A DNA stretch of 56,707 nt, filler included, from Dugesia japonica (GCA_001938525.1; 5 parts of 5 records of this genome joined end to end with filler, not necessarily neighbours in it), one strand, 5' to 3'. Positions 27,221-40,295 are shown, numbered from the whole stretch's first letter. Program-made: numbers and translations. Notes: generated by a model not told the origin, from the letters alone.

Positions 27221-27299
27221 CTTAAACTTTATACGAAAAGCATTTCATATGGAATTATGTATTCCACGCTTTTACAGCTTTACAAAAAACATATCCTAC

Positions 27300-28200
27300 A
27301 TATAATCCAATACTTAGTAATATGTTTTTTAATTCTACTTTTGACATTATATTTTGACATTATCTAGGACATGAGGTCATAATTTATTGTTCTTTCCATA
27401 TACTCTTATTTTTGGTGTTCTTTATCGAATAAGTAGTTTTCTTAACAAAGCCATCATTCAAGTATTTATATTCGATTTCACTTACTTGTACTATTTTTAC
27501 TTTTTGTACGGAAAGCTTCTTTAAAATTCGTGCACATTTACGTATTTATTTAGTTCTTTTAATATTTGCATTTGTTTTTGATTCTTTCATATTACATATA
27601 TTTTCCTTTTCAATTACTCTTCCTACTAGTATATTTTCTTTTAATGGTAGTTTTACTAATTTTCTTTGTAGTTTTCGCTTAGTGTTAGGTTTTCTTTATA
27701 AAGTTCTATGCATTATGTTTACATCTACAATATATTTGTCTTTTATATCATTAGAATTGTGTGATATATTATTTTTAAATGCTGCTAGGTCTACTCTGTA
27801 TATTGCTCCTTCTCTTGTGCTTGGATTATAATATCAAGTCTAATATCAAGTTTAGTGTTAAGTTTAATATAGTTATGTTTCAAAAGAATTTTTTTCATAG
27901 GGTCAAGATTCTAAGAAAGTTGGTTTTAATTTAGATAATAATATATCATTTCTTAGATACATGAATTGTTTTATTTTGCCTACTTTCTTTTACGGATTAA
28001 TGTTCTGCTATATATGATATAGAGCAACTCACGTGTCACAGTAATTAATTATCCCTTGGATAATGTTATTAAATATTCTTGAACTAATCTAGTATCAGAC
28101 TCCAAACAAAACAGAAGAATATGTCACTCAATATACAGAAAAGATTCAGCGACTCTTCTGCAAAGAATAAACTTAGAACATCTGATTAAAATCTGGTAGT
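27300..28200 (-). pseudogene. Possible heavily decayed non-LTR retrotransposon RT region
   Basis: Weak: ILSDIFFCFV..ILD, GIINYCD, IKQFMYL in broken frames loosely resemble LSPxLF / YADD / FKYLG. Confidence 0.3.
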
Positions 28201-28748
28201 TCCTAAAGAGTACCTTTATTGGGCTCGATTTGTTGTAGAACCCCAATACTATCTTCACCGTTGTTTTGCTAAAGAAAATTTAATGAATTTTCCTTTGTTA
28301 AATTATGTCCGATTTCATTGCATACTAAACGACTAATTTCCTGTAAAAAAAACTAATATATTTTTCTAGTGGTATTTTAACACAACTAATAAATATTTAC
28401 TAATATTTGGAAGTTCCTCGAAAGCTTTTCTGCATTTTTTAGCATAATTTTCAATAGAATAAACCACCGATTCATATATTTTAAAATCGTTTGTAGAAAG
28501 AAAATTTTTTGATGAATGTTCTTTGAACAAGGTCTTTCACATCGTCTCCAATATCGAATATTTTTTTAGTGGAAACAATTAAATTCCTTATAATGCCATA
28601 TCATGAAACTAAAAAAAATATTGAAGACATAATTAATTAATAATAAATAATCAAGCACAGTCAACAATTAAATACTTGAAAGAAGAAATGTAATTTTAAT
28701 TTAACTTAAAAAATTAATCGTTATAATTTGTATTTTGATCTTCTAGTA

Positions 28749-29243
28749 CATAGTTTCTCAACCAAAAATGCACCGTGGACCAGTAAACTGTAAAACATTT
28801 CTAACGCGGACCACTAATTGATAAACATTGCTCTATGACAGTGTTTCTTAACCAAAACGACACCACTGATCAGTAGATAGTCAAACTTTCTAACGCGGAG
28901 TATTAATGATGGTTATACCTAGTATTGTTATTCTAAATTTTAGCTAAAAATATTTTTTTTGCAAAAACTAATTTTACATGCATCACTGGATAAGGTAGGG
29001 TACCTTCTTCCCAGGCGAAGAATTTGATAATGTGAAGAAGCATCTAGCATTATAATTTACAATTTAGTAAACATTTTTTGTGTAAAAAAATTTGTATTAG
29101 CAACAGATACGGAAGGTTCTGATTGTTCAACTAGATATCTTTATTTTATTTTGTAAAAAATTATTTAATGATCCATGGACGGCTCACAAGTAATTTATTT
29201 ACGAACCTGATAAGGGCCGTGGCCCATAGGTTGGGGACCACTG
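28749..29243. mobile_element. hAT MITE with a duplicated 5' end
   Basis: CATAGTTTCTCAACC and CAGTGTTTCTTAACC left ends, GGTTGGGGACCACTG right end, TSD TTCTAGTA / TTCTAGAA. Confidence 0.7.
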
Positions 29244-31099
29244 TTCTAGAATATTTTCAAAGTGGAATATGCAAAATAATGTTTTTATTTACTTTAAATT
29301 CCAAAATTTATTTACTAACTTAAAAACCCAAAGTCAAAATAATTACACATATTAAAGTTTTATATAATTCATAACGTAAAAAATGTATTTGTTAATATCA
29401 ACGAATTTATTAATATTTTTACAAATGAGATACTATATTGATTTAAGAATAAAAATTATTTCAATGTATATTTGCATTAGAACACTAAATTTTCTCAACT
29501 TTAATATGAAGATAAGATCACATTCACTTAAGTAACTTTTATTTTATTGAACAATTTTTATTTTTTTAATAACTCCTCTTACAGTCTAGTATTTACTGTT
29601 TTTTTTATTCAAAGTACATTATACAAAAATAATCTATAGTTGAATAATCCGATCTTTATTTTCGTCAGTGTTATGTGATGTTAAGTATATAAAAGTCAGG
29701 TACCATTCAATTTTACCTAACCATAAATTTTTTTTTTGATTTTGTGGATAATTAGCATAGTTATGAATACAAAATTTTACTGTTTTAAAAGTTCAAAAAC
29801 TACCGAAATCAATTTTTCTCAATAAAATAAGACATGAAATTTAAATGTCTGTTAATAAAAAAGTACATTGGTAAATGTTGATTTAATAGTAAAAACTAGG
29901 TAAATTTTAAAACTGAAAAAACGTGGCTTATTTACACAAAATATTATGATATTCTTCATTCTATTTTGCGATGAATATTCATAGTAATTTAATTGTTCAA
30001 ATTACAAATGAGTAATTGATAAAATCAGTCATATCACCATTAGATAAAGTCAAAGGGCATTACTATATAAACATGTTTTAAAAATCAATTCTAAAGTTCA
30101 TGCCGTGTTTAAAATATCTTTCAGGGTTCTGATGTATGAGAAATATCTCAAATTTAATGTATATTGTTTTTAATTAAATATAAGGATTTTACTTTAATTA
30201 TTACTAATTAATTTCGAGTTCACTTTTAATCCTTAAACCCTGGAAAACATCTAACATAAATAATTTTAAAATAAGTTGATAAAATACGATTAATTTGATT
30301 TTGAAATTCTCTATTAAGTTATGGTTCAATAATTTTAGTTATTCATGTTTGACGAACTGAGCAGATACAAATCGAATTTTTTAGTTAAAGAAATTAATTA
30401 TTAAATTGATACTTATTCGATTTTTTGAACTTTATTAAGTCAAAATTATTTTACTGATTTCCTTGTAACTGAGTAATATGTAAAGTATAGTGTTCCTTAA
30501 GAATCATGAAATCTGAATTTGCAAGATATTATATGGAATGTAATCTTTTTTGATAAACGAATAGTCTTTTAAATTATAAAAGTTAACACTCTGTTCTAAG
30601 GATCAGACACTCTTGTTCTACCAGTGTATGTCTTTCTCATATTGCATATCATACATTTTTTTAATTGGCGTTCTACAATCCGTTCCAAAAATAACTTACA
30701 TTTGAATATTCTGTCAGTTTTGACCTCTCACGTGACATAATTCCTCGTGAATGAAATCAATAAGTTTGGGAATCGATTGCCCTACAAGTACTATTTTCTT
30801 TTTGTTATTTTCATTGATAATTAACAGTTCATCATTCATCTCAAATTTATCCATTTTTGACAAATATTTACTTTTTGTCATCATTGCACTCAGAATGATA
30901 TTTGAATTGTTTGATTTCGAATTTATATGCGTAATTAAAATATTTATAAAGTTTTTGAATTTTAAAATATTTCAAGAAAATAATTAAAATAATTATTGCG
31001 TACATTTGTTTGAATATTAAAACTATTCTAATTTAGTTTTTGAATTTATAGAAACTTTGTCTTAAATAAATATTTGATGAGGATAGCCTTTTTCTTACA

Positions 31100-33740
31100 T
31101 ATATTGCAACCACGTCAGGCTCAAACTTAGTAACAGATTTGTTACGCCCGAGACCTTTCAAGTTTGGTGACAATCTTGAAAGATTCTTGAGGGTCGTGGG
31201 TCGATTCTTCAAAGCGGCGAAAATTTAAAGATTTACAAGAGATTGCAATCGGTCAGATGATTGACCCGAATCTTGAAGGAAGATATGAAGCATCGGAGAA
31301 CAAAATAAAGGAATATGAAGCTAGGCTACGACTTCTGGTGGAAAGACCAAGAGACGTTTTTGAAGACCTAGAAGAATTCATTCGTTACAGACAAGGTGAT
31401 ACCGATAATGAGGTACTCTTCCACGATGTAGAAAAACTGGCAGAGAAATTGCTTAGCCATAATCTGTTAAAAGAGTCGGTTATATCAGCACTCCTGATAA
31501 ACGCAACTGCACAGAAGAAGGCAAAAATAGAGATTCTGATGAAAAAAGTTTCTGAACCGGATGAAATAAAAGAAATAATCAGAGACGTTTCAAGAATCGC
31601 GAAAAAGACAGAAGGAATAATCATGATACGTAGCTACAAGGAGGCAATATACACGGGACCAAAGGTATGGTACCAAGGATGCAGGCATCAACCTACAAAG
31701 GGCCAAATACAAGAAGGGAGTTCAGAACAGAGAAAGTAGAATGTTGGAACTGTTACAAATTTGGACACATAAGTCGCGAGTGCCCCGACAGAAAGACTCC
31801 TACATGCTACTCATGTGGAAATGTAGGGCATATAAGAAGACAGTGCAACAAGATAAAGTGCGGAAAATGCAACAAGAACGATCATAAAACCGAAAATTGT
31901 TTCACAAAGACGGATTACAAGAGAATGAACGAATATCCTTCAAAATATAAGAGAGATGAAGTAAATAAAGCTCCAATTTCCGGGAAGGCATGTTAACATG
32001 AATGCAGTGGAAAATGATGAAACGAGTAACAAGGAATATGAGGACGACAGATATAAAAACGCTAGATATAGTAACAACAAGTATGATGCAAACGTATATG
32101 AATAAGAGAGAAACCCAAATGGAGAGACTCCGCCAACTTCGAAAATGGTAGGATCTGTAGAACTCAAAATCTAATGGATGATCCTCAAAATATCGATAGT
32201 TATAGTAAAAGTAGTCATATCAATAATATAGAGGATGACGTCAAAGAAAGCGCTTATAATTTTTTTAAGAAAAATATATCAGTAATAAAGGGAGAAACAT
32301 CAGTGAAACCAAAAATTGCAACAGTAGAAGAATGGGGAAAGGGTGTGATTAGATATGATATAATGCAATGTATGCCAAGTATTGCTACAAAGATCAAAAA
32401 CATGAAGTTTGAATGCCTACTGGATACCGGAGCAAGAATTAATGTGATGAGTATGGTTGTGTTTAGAAATTCAAGGATATTCTGTTATTAACAACTAAGG
32501 ACAGACTATGGTGCGCAAACGACAGTTAATTAAGTACCAAAGGAAGACTTGAGGTGGAAGTGAGGATCGGCAATACGACTAGATGAATTAATTTCATAGT
32601 TATGTAAAAGGTAATCCCTAGCATAATTGGTGGCATTGAGTTGTAGACCAGTTTTGGATTAGAACCACATTGGATAGAAACAGCAGAAAAAGATAATTCA
32701 GATCGGATTTGCAATATCGAGCCGCATTTTGGAAGGATTATAATAGATGAAAAAAGATGTCAAGAAGCATTGAGTGAGAGAAATACACTGGAAAATGGGA
32801 CGATCAAGCACTTGATAAGAAAACATTCTAATATCTTTATGGCAGATAAATGGGAGATAGGATCCACAAAACTAGTGAAGCATAAAATCGTAACTAAAGG
32901 AGGACCTATAAAAGTTAAACCATGGAGAACACCTATGAACCTACAAGATAAGATAAAGAAGGGGTACGTATTCTTTTTGAAAATGGAATTATACGAAAGT
33001 GCAATTCAAAATGGAACACCCTGTTGATATGTATCTGGAAAAAAGAAAAGAAAGACATTCATCTCTGTCTCGATTTTCGACAGCTGAACACTATTACGGA
33101 AAGACAAGCATTTCCAATGCCAAATGTAGAAGAGATTCTGGATAGATTAGGTGGGTCAAAATTCTTCTGCTCATTAGATTTAAGTAATGTTTACTATCAA
33201 GTTAAGTTAGATGAGGAGTCAAAAGATAAAACAGCCTTTTCAACAAAGTCAGGTCAATACTGCTTCAATAGAATGCCATTTGGCATAGCTGCGGTGCCTG
33301 GGACATTCCAGAAACTCATGACAAAGGTTTTGGGTACAACAAAGGGAACAACGGTGTATTTAGACGATATTCTAATATATTCAGAATACTTGGAAGAGCA
33401 TTAAAAACCACTGAATGAAGTATTAAGTAAAATACATCAAGCATGACTACATCTGAGCCTGTCAAAATGTCAATTTCTAAGAAAAGAGATCAAATTTTTG
33501 GGACACATCATAATTGATAAAGGAGTTTAGGCCGATCCAGCAAAATTGGTTGCAACGCAGACATATGAAAGGCCAAAATGCGTAAAAGGATTGAGGAGTT
33601 TCTTGGGGATATGCTGATATTACAGAAGATTCATAAAGGATTGCGCAAAGAAGGCTAGGGAACTAGAAAAACTGTGTAGTGTAAATAATAAGATGTTAAT
33701 ATAGACAGAGAAAAGCGAACAATCATTCAGAGATATGAAA
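31100..33740 (+). mobile_element. Ty3/Gypsy retrotransposon relic (gag with zinc knuckles, protease, RT)
   Basis: CWNCYKFGHISREC, CYSCGNVGHIRRQC, CGKCNKNDHKTENC; LLDTGA; LCLDFRQLN, RMPFG, VYLDDILI; degenerate PBS-like TGCAACCACGTCAGG at ~31105; many stops and frameshifts. Confidence 0.95.
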
Positions 33741-33741
33741 G

Positions 33742-34435
33742 TGATTGGGTTTTTAATAGTTTGATAATTAATTTACTTTTAATCTGACTCCAAGATAGTG
33801 TTCGATAATAGATAAGACCCAACAATATATATATGTTTATTCAAATAATCACAAATCACAACACAAGTTTTTANNNNNNNNNNNNNNNNNNNNNNNNNNN
33901 NNNNNNNNNNNNNNNNNNNNNNNNNNNNNNNNNNNNNNNNNNNNNNNNNNNNNNNNNNNNNNNNNNNNNNNNNNNNNNNNNNNNNNNNNNNNNNNNNNNN
34001 NNAACAATTTCAATTTTATTGCTTTGATTTCCTTTAATTCGTTTCTTTATTTTCAAAATATCCTTTATTCTTTTTGCAGACCTTTGATTTCCTTTAATTC
34101 TTTAAATTATTTCAATAAACGCTGTCTCCTTGACTACTTTAATTTATCTTTAACTTCTCTTTTAACAATTTTTATAATTCTTTAAATTCTACTAAGTTCT
34201 CAAGTTCTTAAATTCTTAAGTTCTGATTTTTGCTTATATTTGTTTGCTTATATAGCTATATTCTGGCGCCATGATTCTGATTTCGATTCCCTTGTCAAGT
34301 TTATGACAACTTTCAATGATCTCCTTTTCACCTCTTCTGTAAAATAATTCTGATGTTTATTCCAACCTCCCACGTTTTTATCTTGTTTTAATTTCAGCTG
34401 TCACTTTCTAATTAAACTCTTGAATTTTTGTTATG
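33742..34435 (-). mobile_element. LTR-like repeat of the same family as 4748-5438, truncating the Gypsy pol
   Basis: Reverse complement matches 4850-5410. Confidence 0.6.
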
Positions 34436-35616
34436 AAGAAATGTTTGAAGACAAAAAACTGACTGAGAGAACAAAGAAATGAAAAATAGCGGAAGAAATA
34501 ATTCATTAAATAAAAGTAAGAAAGTCAAAGGAAATAATCAACTTACGGAAAATAGATTAAATGAATTAATTAGTGAAAGAAAAACAGCGAAATTAAATTA
34601 AAGTTAAATTAGGAAAACAAAGAAATGAACAGCAAATTAATATTTTGGAAGAAAATAAAATAAATAATTTATTTATTTAAATAANNNNNNNNNNNNNNNN
34701 NNNNNNNNNNNNNNNNNNNNNNNNNNNNNNNNNNTAAATTATTTTTAAAAGAAAAATAATTATTTCGTGAAAAATGGCAAAAACGACAACTTCCCATGGT
34801 GAAAAAATCAGCAAATAAGAAGATTATGCTCCAGAAAAAATCGGGGAATTCAGAAATTTTGGTTAGAAAATNNNNNNNNNNNNNNNNNNNNNNNNNNNNN
34901 NNNNNNNNNNNNNNNNNNNNNNNNNNNNNNNNNNNNNNNNNNACCAATAAAAAGAACTCACGTGACGTTCAAGCCAATGGAAACGTCAGAAAGATCGTAC
35001 GATTCCAAATAACCAACGAAAGGAATTAGGGTGTGAAGAGAAACCGGTATAAATACCGGTGTAATTTTCACAAAATATACACACTTTTTATCAAGGAAAT
35101 ACGGTAATTAAAACGAAATTAACACAAAAGATGATTATTTATGCGATTCGATTGATGATGAAACGATTTTCGACTGGATTGCCACGGCTTATCATTATGG
35201 AGGACCTATAGAGTCACTATTGGATACGAATGGGATGGATGTTTTGCTCTTGTGCTTGCTCCGGATCGGGATTCAGGACGCGTTAGTTTTGTTAATTGTT
35301 AGATTATTGTACCCCAAGTGTAATTTAAATCATATAATATATTTTTCACTTAATATATCTTTTGTTTTCCGAATTGATAAATAGCTATTAAGATTATAAT
35401 CAAATATAGAGTGACCGAAGTAAGCAATACCCCACAAAACGGAGAATTGTCAGTGGATAATTGTAAAGGCTAATTGTGATAAGTAAATTAAGCGAGTATC
35501 ATGTAAAACGAACCAAAACTAAAGGAGTGCGAGTCTGTACTGGAGTTACGAGTCAACGGCTTCATTCCGAAGATCTGGATTTTTTTGGGGACACCAGATT
35601 CAAATTCATCGCGGGG

Positions 35617-35716
35617 NNNNNNNNNNNNNNNNNNNNNNNNNNNNNNNNNNNNNNNNNNNNTTAATTAATTAANNNNNNNNNNNNNNNNNNNNNNNNNNNN
35701 NNNNNNNNNNNNNNNN
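35617..35716. other. Artificial scaffold-joining linker
   Basis: 44 N + TTAATTAATTAA + 44 N. Confidence 0.95.
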
Positions 35717-36400
35717 TTATAACTTTTTAATAAATTAAAAAATTCTTCTTCGGTTGAACCTGGTTGTAAAAATCTTTGTATATTAGAAGAGATTTTATTA
35801 ATATATTGAATACTTACTTTACTTTACCAATTTACTTTACTTTACTTTACTTTATAATTATTACAAGTATATTCTTTTATTTTTATTTTTCAAAATTCAA
35901 AAAACCAACCGATAACCTAAGTAGATATAAAATGACGGTTTCCCGAGAAGTGTTTATTTTTTATTTACAATACACTATTTTTTTCCATGACAGATCGTGA
36001 GGTAAACGAAAGTATACAACTCAGAACGTCACAAATTATTTATTTCAATGAGATTTTTCACTTCTTGGGATTTATGAAATTAAGAATTGTCTACGATAAA
36101 AACAGTCTTAATATTTATATAAATTCAGTCTTGATATTTTTTTTCGGGTATTATCAATACTTTTGTTCGGGCAGTCTTTATGTGTATGTGTGTTGCATAC
36201 GTGTTGCATGGTTGATGTAATCATGCTGTAAAAGGCAGTTGTATTGCATTCAACCAATCATATCAACTAAAACAAATAGAAATTAATAGAAACTTACAAA
36301 TATCATTACAACAAGTATAAATTAATAGAAACTTACAAATATCATTACAAGTATATAAGCAAAGATTTTCGTAACACTAAACACTTTTAAATTTATAAAA

Positions 36401-36837
36401 ATGGTAGAAAATTTACTTACTAAAGATAATGTCTCATCAATTACCGTAGAACTCGGAAAAATTACTAATTTACATCATCACAAGATGTATTTTATCATGA
36501 ATCCGATTATTTATGACTTTAAAGTAATTTTATTTATTGTTTTTATTATAAATTATTAATTTTTCAGAAACCAGCTGTGATTAAAAAATTAAAATACAGT
36601 TTGCTTCTTTCCAATATCAACACGAAGGATAAAAACATGTTAAAAGCATTATTTACCAGATTCAGGAGAGATATAGAAATAAATGATTTGATTTTCATTA
36701 ATTTTAATGAGCAGGACGAAAATAAATATGATGATAAATCTGAATGGATAATACAAGTAGAAATAAAAGGTTACAACAAGTCCATAAATGCAACTGGTGT
36801 GATATGGAAGATCAAAAAGATTCAAAATAAGATCTAA
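36401..36837 (+). CDS. Two-exon, apparently intact 130-aa hypothetical protein (exons 36401-36523, 36568-36837); possible OB-fold ssDNA-binding protein of the Polinton
   Basis: ATG at 36401; a 44-nt GTAATT...TTTTCAG phase-0 intron joins exon 1 in frame to ORF 36577-36837; C-terminus WIIQVEIKGY..ATGVIWKIKKIQ. Confidence 0.6.
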
Positions 36838-37114
36838 TAATTATATAAACTTGTTGTTTTAAATTTTTTTTATTTAATAATAATTTTTTAGTGTTATTTT
36901 ATCATGTGTTATTTATTTTTAAGTAATTTTATTTTAAACGGTAAATTTTTTTTAAAATAAATTTTTCTTTAAAGTATTTTTTTTGTATGTAAGTAATTTA
37001 GATCAAAAAAAATTAATTTTATTAATCAATTAATGGTTTTTAAGAAGAAAAAAAATACATTTTTTGTAATCAATCAACGTTTATGGTCCTAAAGAGTGCC
37101 GGCTTTTTCGTTCA

Positions 37115-37585
37115 CAATTTAAAATTTTTTCTATCACTTTTTTNCCAATCAAATTTATTAAGTCTGATGGTCTGTTATCCACATCTTCTTGAAAATTCAA
37201 AATTTAAAGTTCAAGTATTACAATTTTTCCCGTTGAGAACACATTTACACATAAAGGATCGTATTTGAAAAGACGTAATTCTGAAAATAACTCCGATTCG
37301 AACCAACAGTTGACTTTTTTTTTCAATTTATATACATTTATTGCAAATCTCATATTTATGACAACTGTTAACGATCGTAGTCATATATTTTTAATATCAT
37401 AAGGGTTAAAATCTCGTGGTTCTAAAGGTTTCTTACACCCCATAATTCGACATTTTCTTGATCTGAAGAATATAATTGTATACTTGTCACTTTTGACTTT
37501 GAATTGACATGGTTTACCTATAGGAAAGCTCATTTTTTGTTACTTCTTTTGTCAAATCACCTCTGTAATTAATATTGGTGATCAT
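37115..37585 (-). pseudogene. Divergent TBP-like gene, copy B (near full length, frameshifts and stops)
   Basis: Reconstructed MITNINYRGDLTKEVTK/MSFPIGKPCQFKVKSDKYTIIFFRSRKCRIMG/KKPLEPRDFNPYDIKNI*LRSLTVVINMRFAINVYKLKKKVNCWFESELFSELRLFKYDPLCVNVFSTGKIVIL. Confidence 0.75.
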
Positions 37586-37708
37586 AATAATAATAATTAA
37601 TAAAATGAAATGAATTTCAGTGGGTGTATTGAGGATTTTCATGATTAATTTAATTGATTCGATAAAACAAATATAAATAATGTACTTATTATGAATAAAT
37701 AAAAAGAA

Positions 37709-38311
37709 ATGGAGAAGTTACGAAGGGATGCAGTTGTAGTGGGAAAACTTGTTTGCATGTAAATTACTGAAATCGAATGTATTCAAGTCGAAATTTAATA
37801 AAATATACTGGCATAGAGGTGCGGTAGTTGATTGGACTGACTTAATTAGAATTTCGTAACATCAAAATGAAGATTATAAACAGATTCGATAAAAATTGGA
37901 GCAAAAAATTGAGGCCTGGTGATGTTTTTTGTTGTTGAGGATCTGTATCAATAGGCAGATAAAGAAAAGGATTTCAATAACTTGTTCTCAAAGATGTCAA
38001 GACATTGTAATGTTACTATGATATTCATTACTCGAAACCTATTTCATCAAGGTGGTAGTCATAGAACACGTAATCTAAACGTACAATACTTGGTTCTATT
38101 TTAAAATCCTAGAGATCAAACAGTTGCTGATTTTCTATCAAGACAGGCTTATCCAAATAATAGGCATTTTCTTATTGAATCATTTGAAGATGCAACAGAT
38201 AAACCGCATGGATATCTATTTCTTGACTTTATACAGCAATGTCCAGATGAATATACAGTGAGAACAGATATTTTAAATCCTAATGGTATAACTATTTAAA
38301 ACAAACTAGGT
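37709..38311 (+). pseudogene. Polinton packaging ATPase (A32/FtsK-like)
   Basis: Walker A GCSCSGKT (37726), Walker B VVEDL, SKMSRHCNVTMIFITRNLF, LVLF*NPRD, DATDKPHGYLFLDF..RTDI. Confidence 0.85.
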
Positions 38312-38331
38312 AATTTTATTCATGTTATAAA

Positions 38332-39255
38332 ATGGGAAGATTTAGGAAATTTATAGTTGATCAACTAGCTGATGGTGATAATAAACAGCAAAAAATGTCT
38401 GTTAGTAAAATAATGAATGTGAAAAAAATTGCATTAGAAGTATTAGTTAAATTCAAAATCTCACAAGTCTCCATAAATATTTTATTGATTATTACAAGTC
38501 TTTTGTTAAAATGAAAAATGATGAAGTCAATTCAAAATATTCAAACAAATAATGTAAGAAATTTTAATAAAATATTTTTCAAAAATATTGATTTTTTAAA
38601 TTCCAAAATACTTTTATTTGACATGTATCTTTAATTATTTTTAAACCTAATTTTATAAAATAAGTTTTATAATTTTATTATTTAACATAATATAAAATAT
38701 CGACTTTAATTTTGACAAGTATATTTAATTATTTTTAAACATAAGTTTACAAAATAGTTTTTATAATTCCATAATTTTGCATAATATAATATATAGAATT
38801 TATTCAATTAAATTGTATTTTAAAAAAACATGTTTTATATTTTAAAAGTTTCAAAAAACAAATTTTAATATTATAAAAAAATTAAATATTTTCAAAATTA
38901 CGAAAATAAACTTAGGCGTAGATCAAAAAAGTTTTAAAAAAATGTTTCTTTTAAAAATTTTTATTAAAATAACAAAACTTTTTAAAAAAACGTTTTTTAT
39001 TTTTTCCAATTTTTCGAATTTATCTTTTTCAGGAATTGTGTTATATATTAATATTAATATTAATATTTTATTAATATTATATATAATTAATATTATATAT
39101 AAAAATTTAAAAATCTCAGATATTTGAAATTCATGAATTGACCTCACAAGAAGCCACTTGTAAATAATAAGAAGCAATTAAATATGTTTAAAAACCTTTC
39201 AAAATGGAACGACAAGAAACTACGAATGAAGAAAAGAAAATGGATATCAATATAA
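38332..39255 (+). pseudogene. Small basic Polinton-associated ORF split by a ~700-bp repeat insertion (38441-39147)
   Basis: MGRFRKFIVDQL...KKIALE before the repeat; KKPLVNNKKQ...KLRMKKRKWISI* after it. Confidence 0.4.
38441..39150. repeat. AT-rich dispersed repeat; Tc1-free paralogue of 25371-27220
   Basis: Collinear alignment of both ends. Confidence 0.8.
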
Positions 39256-39291
39256 ACAATTCACTCATAGGAAAGTATTACTGAAATAAAA

Positions 39292-39585
39292 ATGAAATTA
39301 CAACGAAGTATACCGTTTTTACTGCTTTGATTAAATGTCAAAATCTTCGAGAATGAAAACTTGCAATTATTTACACCTTATGTTATAAATGATTTACTTA
39401 GGATTATCATAATTATTGTTTGTGGTAATGTAGTATTGAGTAAAGCCAAAAAGGAAGTATTGAAAAAAATTAAAAAATTATTATTAACTCTTGTAAATAA
39501 TAAAAATAGAAAAATGATGAGACGAGTAATGACTAAACAAGGTGGTGGTTTTATAGCAGCAATAGGATTACCTCATTTCAAATAA
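39292..39585 (+). pseudogene. Conserved small Polinton protein (GNVxL...KQGGGF hydrophobic tail; core/membrane-active-like), copy 1
   Basis: INDLLRIIIIIVCGNVVLSKAKKEVLKKIKKLLLTLVN...MTKQGGGFIAAIGL. Confidence 0.65.
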
Positions 39586-39646
39586 ACAATGAGCGGATTG
39601 CAAACATTACCTAATTTTGAATTGAAATTTTCATCAAATTGTTGTA

Positions 39647-40295
39647 ATGGGAGCAAAAGTGAAAACAATAGGGATAGATACAAAAAACCCAGCAGGTTTC
39701 CGAGGTGTAGAAAAGTTAATGAAAGCAGCTCAAAAGTCAAGAAGATAGACGGAAAAAATGGTTATCAGGTTAGCTGACATACAGTCTGAACAATCTGATG
39801 TTTAAAAAATTTCCAACAAGAGCATATAAAACAAATGGTATTGGCGATTTTTGGCAAATGAATTTGATGGAAATGATTCCATATTCAAAAATTAATAAAG
39901 GTTACAAATATAGTCTAACATGTATTGATGTATTCAGCAGATTTGCACGAGCAATTCCAGTTAAATCGAAATCTGCTAATGATAGGGAGCCAGAAATCAA
40001 GACAATGTTCAAAGATGGACACCCAGATAATTTACAAACGTATTTGGGTAAAGAATTTTATAATTCTAAAGTGAAACAACTTATTAATTATCTAAAAATA
40101 AACCATTATAGTATATTCTTGCAAAATAAAGCTGTAGATGTAGAGAGATTTAATCGTACATTGAAAGATCCTTTGAAAAAGTACTTTGTACATGTTGGTA
40201 ATAAAACATGGACAAATGTTTTACCAAAACTTATTAAAAATCATTCCAGTCAAAAAGGTTTATAGGGCGAAAGACCTGTTGATGTAAGTTCAAAT
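39647..40295 (+). pseudogene. Polinton retroviral-like (rve) integrase, 3' truncated
   Basis: TKNPAGFRGVEKLMK..WLS, then KKFPTR..WQMNLMEM..GYKYSLTCIDVFSRFA..LQTYLGKEF..KAVDVERFNRTLK; catalytic Asp residues mutated. Confidence 0.9.

Noticed and set aside
39589-39777. ORF MSGLQTLPNF...SNCC as a separate 62-aa gene
   Set aside because: Most of it overlaps the integrase N-terminus in another frame; insufficient evidence for an independent gene.
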